Below, piece after piece: positions 57,087-64,000 of a stretch of DNA of 64,000 bases. The notes beneath the pieces were generated by a model. That model was given only the letters and a program-made list of their open reading frames with translations, had not been told where the DNA came from and searched no databases. The stretch is from Gemmatimonadaceae bacterium. Lineage in GTDB: Bacteria > Gemmatimonadota > Gemmatimonadetes > Gemmatimonadales > Gemmatimonadaceae. The translations under genes were made by a program, and so were the position numbers. The stretch spans positions 6,435 to 70,434 of the forward strand of contig DATLBG010000129.1 of NCBI GenBank assembly GCA_035527035.1, read 5' to 3'. Each line of letters begins with the position of its first letter. The stretch's first letter is position 1.

Positions 57087-58054
57087 GATTTACCCGTTGC
57101 GCCGGTGAGACGATTGGATGCGAACCACTCGTACGTAATGGCGAGGCCTTCCGGCAGTTCAACCTTGGGCTCCCAACCCAACAAGTGATTTGCTTTGTCG
57201 ATTGCTATATAAGAATCTTGCTGCTCACCCGGTCGCTTCGACGCAAACTCCAATGGCAGATCTGTGCCGGCGGCTCGTTGCAGGTGGGACGCCAGGTCCA
57301 GCACGCTCGTACCGATCGAGGTCCCGACGTTAAATGCTCGAGCGTCGAGACCAGCGTCATTCGGCAATGTTCCCGTCGCTCCGCGCCACACAGCATCCAC
57401 TACATCTGACACGTATATATAGTCACGGGTTTGCATTCCATTCCCGAACACCGTCAGCGGCCGTCCGTCGAGAATCCGGTTGCAGAAGATCGACACGACA
57501 CCCGCCTCCCCGGCGGGGTCCTGACGAGGTCCATACACGTTTCCGAAGCGCAGGACCGCCGCCTCCAAGCCGAAGAGCCTGTGGTAGTACGCGAGATAGT
57601 ACTCGACCGTGAGCTTGGAGATCGCATAGGGCGACTCCGGTTCCTTCGGGCTGGTTTCGACGGTGGGTGGATGCGCCGACACGCCGTAGACCGCCCCGCC
57701 TGTGGAAGTAAATACCAACCGGGACGCGTGCTTCGACTTTCTAATCGCCTCAATGACGTTTAGCGTGCCCAAAATGTTCACCCCGGCATCGTATCGCGGA
57801 TCTGCGACACTCTTGCGTACATCCATCTGCGCCGCGAGATGGGCCACCACATCGAATGAGCCCCCCTGCACAATTTCCGCAGCCTCAGGCGATCCAACGT
57901 CCAGGTTGTGGAGCACGGCGGAGCTCGGGACGTTCTCCCGCCGGCCGGACGAGAGGTTGTCGATGATCTCCACGCGATAGCCCGCGGAGGCAAATCGATC
58001 TGCGACGTGTGAGCCGATGAATCCGGCGCCGCCGGTGACTAATGCGCGTTTCAT
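57083..58054 (-). CDS. NAD-dependent nucleotide-sugar epimerase/dehydratase (GalE-like extended SDR)
   Basis: ALVTGGAGFIGSHV...STGGAVYG...YAISK. 4-nt overlap with the tolQ start. Confidence 0.8.
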   Translation of the reverse strand: MKRALVTGGAGFIGSHVADRFASAGYRVEIIDNLSSGRRENVPSSAVLHNLDVGSPEAAEIVQGGSFDVVAHLAAQMDVRKSVADPRYDAGVNILGTLNVIEAIRKSKHASRLVFTSTGGAVYGVSAHPPTVETSPKEPESPYAISKLTVEYYLAYYHRLFGLEAAVLRFGNVYGPRQDPAGEAGVVSIFCNRILDGRPLTVFGNGMQTRDYIYVSDVVDAVWRGATGTLPNDAGLDARAFNVGTSIGTSVLDLASHLQRAAGTDLPLEFASKRPGEQQDSYIAIDKANHLLGWEPKVELPEGLAITYEWFASNRLTGATGKS

Positions 58055-58367
58055 TTACTTGTCTACTCCGTCGATGCGTTATGGGCGCCGGCGACCCGGC
58101 GGCGGCCGCGAGGACTCTCCCTGCGGGAAGAGATACTGCGCCGCATCAAATAATCCGAGCCGCCGTCCGGACGAAGACAGGAATCACGCTGCCGTCCGCG
58201 ACAACACTCGCGCCTAACATGGCCGGCGGTCCATTGAGAGCGCACGGACGGGTGCGCCAAGGGCACGCTTCCAGCGCCGCGGCGGCGGGGTCAGGAGATG
58301 GCACTAAAGTAGGCGACGTCAATCATCGTCGCCCCCAATCTACTCCACGGAGCGTCTTATCAGCTGC

Positions 58368-59486
58368 CTAGGGAACCCGCGCTGACAGGCGCGCGCGCAT
58401 GCCGATCGAAATCGTCGGGAGCTCCTGGTCCACGACGATCGCGGTTGCCGCGTATGGAGTGACGCGAACCACCTGCGCCAGTGCCGCGGGCTCGGGTGGA
58501 CGGGTTGTATCAGCCGCTCCGCGTCGGGTCTGGTCGATCAGCAGAAACCTGTCGCCCACGCGGGCCGCGCCGGGCGCGACGTCGAGAAAAACGTAGTGCT
58601 GGAGCGACGGGAGCACGGGATCGTTGTGCACCCACACGATGCGACCCTCCAGGACATCCAGTGACGGCAGCGGATCGCGGGCGCCGGTGGCGGTTTCCGC
58701 AGTGTAAACGAGCAGAGGCTGGCCGATCAGCACCGTGCCGAACTGTCTCACGATCCTCGCGGCGATGGGCCTGCCGGGCTGCGCCTCTACGACGCGAAGG
58801 ATCGCGGTCGGGATGGCGAGTCGCGCGCTGTCCATGACGATCGGACCGAGCGAGAGCGACGTGAAACGCGAGCCGACGACCGTAGCGCCGGCGCCGGGCG
58901 GCGGAGTGATATACACGACGTCGTTGAGCTGAAAGCGGCGATCGCGGACGTTCATCGCGATGCCCGGACGCTCCGCGCTTCCGACGATCTCGCCCGCGAG
59001 CACGGGACCGTCAGCGCCCACCACGAACGGCGCGACGTCGATCTCCCCTGCGCGCACGCCCGCGATCCGGCCGCGCGGCTCGATCTCGAAGCGGGACCGG
59101 GCGCGCCCGCCGCCGGGGCCGAACACCGTCGTCGAAGATGCGACGGGCACCGTCCTGATCGCCGTGACGACGTTCCCCTCGCGCGCCGCGTCCGCCAGCG
59201 CGTCCGGGCGCACGGCGGACGTCGCGATGCGGATTACCTCGCCCGGATAAATCCAGTGCGGGTTCTCTACGACGTCCGGATTCCTCCGGAATATCTCCGG
59301 CCACTTGAAAGGATCGTTCAGATATCGCGCGGCGATTCCCCAGAGAGTGTCGCCGGCCTTCACCGTGTGAGTCACTTCGCGGCCGGTATCGGCCGGCGCG
59401 GCGATGTCTTGCGCGCCCGCGCGTCCGGAGATCAGGGTCAGCGCAGCGATTGCTATGAACGCCGGATAACGAATCTGAGCTTTCAC
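58368..59486 (-). CDS. LysM peptidoglycan-binding domain protein (secreted)
   Basis: Start set to the GTG at 59486 (VKAQIRYPAFIAIAALTLISGRAGAQD, a signal peptide), then LysM HTVKAGDTLWGIAARYLNDPFKWPEIFRRNP..V.NPHWIYPGEVIRI. The 494-aa ORF extension upstream is Arg/Gly-rich noise. Confidence 0.7.
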   Translation of the reverse strand: MKAQIRYPAFIAIAALTLISGRAGAQDIAAPADTGREVTHTVKAGDTLWGIAARYLNDPFKWPEIFRRNPDVVENPHWIYPGEVIRIATSAVRPDALADAAREGNVVTAIRTVPVASSTTVFGPGGGRARSRFEIEPRGRIAGVRAGEIDVAPFVVGADGPVLAGEIVGSAERPGIAMNVRDRRFQLNDVVYITPPPGAGATVVGSRFTSLSLGPIVMDSARLAIPTAILRVVEAQPGRPIAARIVRQFGTVLIGQPLLVYTAETATGARDPLPSLDVLEGRIVWVHNDPVLPSLQHYVFLDVAPGAARVGDRFLLIDQTRRGAADTTRPPEPAALAQVVRVTPYAATAIVVDQELPTISIGMRARLSARVP

Positions 59487-59557
59487 GGTTGGGGGGCTCG
59501 AGTGAGGATCACAAAGTAGGACGAACCAGGGCCGCCTGCCGTAAAAGATGCCCCTGA

Positions 59558-59600
59558 ATACTCCAAACGGGATGCAGCGTTTGCATCCCGTTTGGAGTAT
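59558..59600. terminator. Perfect 19-bp palindrome (ATACTCCAAACGGGATGCA-gcgtt-TGCATCCCGTTTGGAGTAT) downstream of ssb
   Basis: Read directly. It lies 15 nt after the ssb stop. On the minus-strand transcript a short U run (CAUCUUUUAC) follows only after about 10 nt, so it is not a textbook intrinsic terminator. Confidence 0.45.
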
Positions 59601-59614
59601 CCCCGAGCTCCGCC

Positions 59615-60124
59615 TCAGAAGGGCAGGTCGTCGTCCGTGTCTTCCAGTGCCGCTGGGAAATCCTCGAAGTCCCCGCCCGCAGCCGCGCCCGAGCCGGCCG
59701 CGGCCCCGGCCTTCGCCGCCGGCGCGCGACGCGCTCCGCCGCCGGACTCGAAGTCGCCGCCGCCTCCGCCACCGCGCGCTCCGCCAAGCATCACCAGATC
59801 CCGCACCTTGATCTCGGTGGTGTACCGCGTCTGGTTCTCCTTGTCCTGCCACTGGCGGTACTCGATCTCACCTTCGACGTAGAGGCGATCGCCCTTCTTG
59901 ACGTACTTCTCGATGACGTCCACCAGACCGGTGCCGCTCTTCTGGTTCCACACCACGCACTTGTGCCACTCGGTCTTCTCCTGCTTCTCGCCGCTCTGAC
60001 CGGTCCAGCTCCGGCTGGTCGCGAGAGAGAAAGAGGCGACCCGGCTGCCTCCGGTGGTGGAGCGAATCTCAGGATCGCTGCCCAGGTTCCCGATCAGTAT
60101 TGCCTTGTTCAGACTGCGGCTCAC
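59615..60124 (-). CDS. ssb: Single-stranded DNA-binding protein
   Basis: OB fold MSRSLNKAILIGNLGSDPEIR, a Gly-rich tail and the acidic tip DDDLPF. A GAGGAGG Shine-Dalgarno lies upstream. Confidence 0.95.
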   Translation of the reverse strand: MSRSLNKAILIGNLGSDPEIRSTTGGSRVASFSLATSRSWTGQSGEKQEKTEWHKCVVWNQKSGTGLVDVIEKYVKKGDRLYVEGEIEYRQWQDKENQTRYTTEIKVRDLVMLGGARGGGGGGDFESGGGARRAPAAKAGAAAGSGAAAGGDFEDFPAALEDTDDDLPF

Positions 60125-60246
60125 GAATCCTCCTCGCGAAAAGTGTCGGACGGTCTACCCGTCATTGTATATCGTCTGTCGCCAGGGCTCGCGCGGACAC
60201 GAACGGATGCGCCCGCAAGCAGAACCATCCCCAAGGCGCCGTGAGC

Positions 60247-60702
60247 TCATGGCTCGACTCTCTGAAGAATAAGCGCGTCCTCAACGGGCCGCTGATAGTA
60301 CCGCCGCCGCCTGCCTACCTCCACGAATCCGTGCGACTGGTACAACCCACGGGCGGCCGCATTGGATTCCCGTACCTCCAGATAAATCGTTCGGGCTCCG
60401 TCCGCCCGCGCCTCGTGCAGCAGCCGATCAAGCAGCGCGCGCCCCACCCCCCGGCGCCGAGCGTCTTCCGGCACCGCGAGATTCAGCACCTCGGCCTCAT
60501 CCGCTGCCCGCAGGAGGACGGCATATCCGGCCACCCCGCCTTTTCTGCCCTCCGCGACGATGAACGTCGCGCCGGGGCGCCCGACGAAGGCCTCGAAAGA
60601 TTGTTGCGGCCAGGGATCGCGGAAGCAGGCGAGCTCGATCGCAGCCACTTCCGGGAGATCGGCGACGCCGGCGGGGCGGAGGACGAGTCCGCTGCCGGTC
60701 AT
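60247..60702 (-). CDS. rimI: Ribosomal-protein-alanine N-acetyltransferase RimI
   Basis: The GNAT LAVPEDARRRGVGRALL...LEVRESNAAARGLYQSHGF lies in the tsaE-tsaB-rimI context. Start set to MTGSGL (ATGA overlap with the tsaB stop). Confidence 0.85.
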   Translation of the reverse strand: MTGSGLVLRPAGVADLPEVAAIELACFRDPWPQQSFEAFVGRPGATFIVAEGRKGGVAGYAVLLRAADEAEVLNLAVPEDARRRGVGRALLDRLLHEARADGARTIYLEVRESNAAARGLYQSHGFVEVGRRRRYYQRPVEDALILQRVEP

Positions 60703-61355
60703 CGCGGCAGCGGGCGGCCGTGGGCGGCCTCCCATTTCACCTGGGCCTCCGCGGAGCGCCCATAATCCGGCTCCCAGCTTCCGAGGTCGACGGGCCCCGC
60801 GCGGACGACGGCATCCAACATCCGGGCGGCGTGACGCGCGTGTGGCGCGCCCGCCAGCATGACACCGCCCGCGATGCGTGCTTCGTTCGCCAGTCCCGCC
60901 GTCGCCACGATCCTGACCGGGCCGACGGCGACGATGTCGTCCGGCGTCGCCTCGAACAGGGCCGCGAAGGCTTCGCCGCGCATGGCGTCGAGCGAGGCCA
61001 TGAAGCGTCCCCCGCTGAGCGACTGGTCGGAGCCGGCGACGATGAGCGCCAGCGAAGACACGGCGAACAACGGAATTCCGCGCGCGTGGCATATCCCCTT
61101 CGCGATGGACGCGGCGATCCGCAGGCTGGTGAAGCTCCCCGGGCCCGCCCCACACACCAGGCGCCGCACACCGGCCAATCCATCCGGCATCCGCGCCACG
61201 CACTCGGCGACCGCCGGCATCAGCCGCTCTTCGTCACGCCCCCGCATCTCGACATCCCTCTCGGCGACGACGTCCACGCCCCGGAGCAGCGCCACGCTGC
61301 CCGCATACGTGGACGCTTCGAGCACGAGCGTATGACCTTCGCTGCCTGCTGTCAT
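60699..61355 (-). CDS. tsaB: tRNA t6A biosynthesis protein TsaB (YeaZ)
   Basis: LVLEASTYAGSVALL...GAGPGSFTSLRIAASIAKG. Confidence 0.85.
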   Translation of the reverse strand: MTAGSEGHTLVLEASTYAGSVALLRGVDVVAERDVEMRGRDEERLMPAVAECVARMPDGLAGVRRLVCGAGPGSFTSLRIAASIAKGICHARGIPLFAVSSLALIVAGSDQSLSGGRFMASLDAMRGEAFAALFEATPDDIVAVGPVRIVATAGLANEARIAGGVMLAGAPHARHAARMLDAVVRAGPVDLGSWEPDYGRSAEAQVKWEAAHGRPLPR

Positions 61356-61376
61356 GACCCTACGCCGCCGCGGCCG

Positions 61377-61823
61377 TCACCCGGCAAGCAGGATGCGGCG
61401 AGCCGCGTCGCCCGGCTCGTACTCGAGCGCGATGGGCACGTGCGCCGGAAGCCTGCCCGCGGCCCGCTCCGGCCACTCGACGATCACCAGAGCGTCGCCG
61501 TTCAGGACCTCGTCCCAGCCGATGTTGGTGAGCTGGGCCACGCTGTCGAGGCGATACAAATCGATGTGAAAGACCGCCGATCGCGGCGCGGAATACTGCT
61601 GCACCAGCGCGTAGGTCGGGCTCGTGACCGCGTCGGTCACGCCGTATCCCTCGCAGATCGCCTGCGCGAGAGTCGTCTTGCCCGCGCCGAGCTCGCCGCT
61701 CAGCGTCACGACGAGCGGCGGCTCCGCCGCCTGGCCGAAGTGCTTCCCCCATTCGCGCAGCGCGGCTTCGTCGAGGACGAGCCGGCTCCCAGCCGCGAGC
61801 GACGGCACGACCGGCCGCGTCAT
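61377..61823 (-). CDS. tsaE: tRNA t6A biosynthesis ATPase TsaE (YjeE)
   Basis: [16 protein letters not shown]...[12 protein letters not shown]...HIDLYRL. Confidence 0.9.
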   Translation of the reverse strand: MTRPVVPSLAAGSRLVLDEAALREWGKHFGQAAEPPLVVTLSGELGAGKTTLAQAICEGYGVTDAVTSPTYALVQQYSAPRSAVFHIDLYRLDSVAQLTNIGWDEVLNGDALVIVEWPERAAGRLPAHVPIALEYEPGDAARRILLAG

Positions 61824-63889
61824 CCCGCCTTTATTCCCGCAAGCGACCCGCGCGACCGGATGGTCGACCCTTCTGACTGCGCGCGAATCTCGAACAGCTC
61901 GTCGCGAATGCGCGCCGCCGTCTCGAAATCGAGCGCGGTGGCCGCGGCCTTCATGTCGGCCTCGAGCTGCTTCACCGTCGCGGCAACGTCCTCCTTCGTT
62001 CCGTATTTCCCGCTGCCGGCTTCGGCCACGCGCCGGGTCGCGCGTTCCTCCTCTCGCGCGTCACTCCCCTCGCGCGCGTCCGCCACGCGCGTGCTGAAGC
62101 GAACCTGGTCCACGCTCTTGATCACGCCGAGCGGGGTGATTCCGTGCTCGAGGTTGTATGCCTGCTGGGTCGCTCGCCGGCGCCCGGTCTCGTCCAGCGC
62201 GCGCTGCATCGAGCCGGTAATCCGGTCGGCGTAGAAAATCGCGCGCCCGTTCACGTGCCGCGCGGCGCGGCCTATGGTCTGAATCAGTGAGCGGTCGCTT
62301 CGGAGAAAGCCTTCCTGGTCGGCGTCCAGGATGGCGACGAGCGAGACCTCGGGGAGGTCGAGCCCCTCGCGCAGCAGGTTGATTCCGACCAGCACGTCGA
62401 AGTCGCCGAGCCGCAAGCCTCGCACGATCTCCATCCGCTCGATGGCATCGATGTCCGAGTGCATGTATCGAACGCGCACGCCCATCTGCTGCAGATAGTC
62501 GGTGAGGTCCTCTGACATCCGCTTGGTGAGGGTGGTGACCAACACCCGCTCTCCTCTGCGCTCACGGATGCGGATCTCATTCAGCAAGTCGTCCACCTGC
62601 CCGCGCACCGGGCGAATGTCCACTTCCGGATCAACGAGCCCGGTCGGCCGGATGATCTGCTCGACGACGACGCCCTCCGACAGCCGCAGCTCGATCTCTC
62701 CCGGGGTGGCGGACACGTTCAGCGCGCGCGGCGTGAGCGCCAGAAACTCGTCGAACATCAGCGGCCTGTTGTCGAGCGCGCTTGGCAGCCGGAAGCCGTA
62801 CTCCACCAGAGTGAGCTTGCGCGCGCGGTCGCCGTTGAACATTCCCGAGATCTGCGGCAAGGTCACGTGCGACTCGTCCACGACCACGAGGAACTCGTCG
62901 GGGAAGTAATCGAACAGGCACGCCGGCCGCTCCCCGGACGAGCGGTCGGCGAGATGCCGCGAATAATTCTCGATGCCCGCGCACGTTCCGATCTCGAGCA
63001 TCATCTCGATGTCGAAGTTGGTGCGCGACTCCAGTCGCTGGGCCTCGAGCAGCTTGCCGGTCGCGCGCAGCTCCGACAGCCGCTCGGCCAGCTCGGCGCG
63101 GATCTTCGTGACCGCGCGCTCGATGGTCGGCCGCGACGTGACGAAGTGCTTGGCCGGATAGATCGCCGTCTTGCTCAGAGGCGTGATGACCGAGCCCGTC
63201 AGCGGGTCGATCTTGCTGATGCGCTCCACCTCGTCGCCGAACATCTCGATGCGCACCCCCTGCTCCTCGTACGCCGGGAAGATCTCAACCGTGTCGCCGC
63301 GCACGCGGAAGAACCCCCTATCGAACACGACGTCGTTGCGCGAGTACTGGATTTTCACCAGCGAGCGCAGGATGTCGTCGCGGGGTATGCGCTGACCCTT
63401 CTCAATGGTGACCATCTGCTCGCGGTACTGGATCGGATCGCCGAGTCCGTAGATGGCCGAAACGGTGGCGACGATGATCACGTCGTCGCGCTCCATGAGG
63501 CTGGAGGTTGCACGGAGTCGCAGCCGGTCGATGTCCTCGTTGATCGAAGCGTCCTTCTCGATGTACGTGTCGGTGGTGGGCACGTAGGCTTCGGGCTGGT
63601 AGTAGTCGTAGTACGAGATGAAATACTCGACCGCGTTGTTCGGGAAGAACCCCTTCAGCTCCCCGTACAGCTGCGCCGCCAGCGTCTTGTTGTGCGACAT
63701 GACCAGTGTGGGCAAGCCCACGTTCTTCACGACGTTCGCCACGGTCATGGTCTTCCCGGAGCCCGTCACGCCAAGCAGCGTCTGGAACCGGTCCCCTCTC
63801 TCTATCCCCCGCGTCAGCTCGGCGATCGCTTTCGGCTGATCGCCCGCTGGCTTGAATGGCGCTTGCAGGTCAAACTCGGCGCGGGGCAT
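61820..63889 (-). CDS. uvrB: Excinuclease ABC subunit B
   Basis: [23 protein letters not shown], helicase motifs and a C-terminal UVR domain ([21 protein letters not shown]). Confidence 0.97.
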   Translation of the reverse strand: MPRAEFDLQAPFKPAGDQPKAIAELTRGIERGDRFQTLLGVTGSGKTMTVANVVKNVGLPTLVMSHNKTLAAQLYGELKGFFPNNAVEYFISYYDYYQPEAYVPTTDTYIEKDASINEDIDRLRLRATSSLMERDDVIIVATVSAIYGLGDPIQYREQMVTIEKGQRIPRDDILRSLVKIQYSRNDVVFDRGFFRVRGDTVEIFPAYEEQGVRIEMFGDEVERISKIDPLTGSVITPLSKTAIYPAKHFVTSRPTIERAVTKIRAELAERLSELRATGKLLEAQRLESRTNFDIEMMLEIGTCAGIENYSRHLADRSSGERPACLFDYFPDEFLVVVDESHVTLPQISGMFNGDRARKLTLVEYGFRLPSALDNRPLMFDEFLALTPRALNVSATPGEIELRLSEGVVVEQIIRPTGLVDPEVDIRPVRGQVDDLLNEIRIRERRGERVLVTTLTKRMSEDLTDYLQQMGVRVRYMHSDIDAIERMEIVRGLRLGDFDVLVGINLLREGLDLPEVSLVAILDADQEGFLRSDRSLIQTIGRAARHVNGRAIFYADRITGSMQRALDETGRRRATQQAYNLEHGITPLGVIKSVDQVRFSTRVADAREGSDAREEERATRRVAEAGSGKYGTKEDVAATVKQLEADMKAAATALDFETAARIRDELFEIRAQSEGSTIRSRGSLAGIKAG

Positions 63890-64000
63890 CCCTGCAATTT
63901 ATCAGTTTGCGTGTCGTCAGCCCGATCGAGCATCTGTGCGCGTGGCCAGGCTGCGGGCCCAGGGATCGCCAGTCGCGGCTACGGGCGCGCGGGAGGGCTC

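Overview
High-GC bacterial chromosome segment from a diderm. My guess is Gemmatimonadota-like, which I cannot verify here. Nearly all real genes are on the minus strand, tightly packed, and many have ATGA/GTGA stop-start overlaps.

Gene content:
- 1-10.3 kb is a surface-polysaccharide locus. It holds a partial methyltransferase, a tandem-fused double ExoA-like GT2, a WbuX/WbpG-type amidotransferase with HisH-like and HisF-like partners, a GT4, an opposite-strand methyltransferase, a NusG/UpxY-like antiterminator, an EPS-type MarR regulator and a CapD/WbpM-type dehydratase.
- After hflX comes a small ACP-centred acyl module at 11.9-15.8 kb: a MaoC-SDR fusion, an ACP, an FkbH-like HAD-IIIC protein and a GNAT.
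- The rest is housekeeping: rarA, ZIP transporter, cca, alaS, recX-recA, yraN, ftsK, comB, accC, pilT, accB, pepP, aroQ, ppiD, tatA, ispB-like, hutI-radical SAM-hutU-hutH, lptD-like, tatC, ybgF, tolB-A-R-Q, an epimerase, a LysM protein, ssb, rimI, tsaB, tsaE and uvrB.
- I saw no rRNA, tRNA, CRISPR array, transposase or recognisable defence system.

Most interesting signal (non-genic):
- A family of nested-hairpin interspersed repeats occurs in 9 copies. Each has an invariant CTAC ... TA(A/G)GAC bracket around a small GC hairpin, set inside a 25-38 bp outer stem. The outer stem sequence differs between copies but stays self-complementary.
- Copies sit in intergenic spacers, three times as head-to-head pairs. 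One copy is in frame inside rarA.
- A second small repeat class, low-GC tandem heptamers (CAAYAGC, GTGACTR), occurs intergenically, in the recA leader and in frame inside alaS.

All calls come from reading the ORF translations and the DNA by eye. No searches were run.
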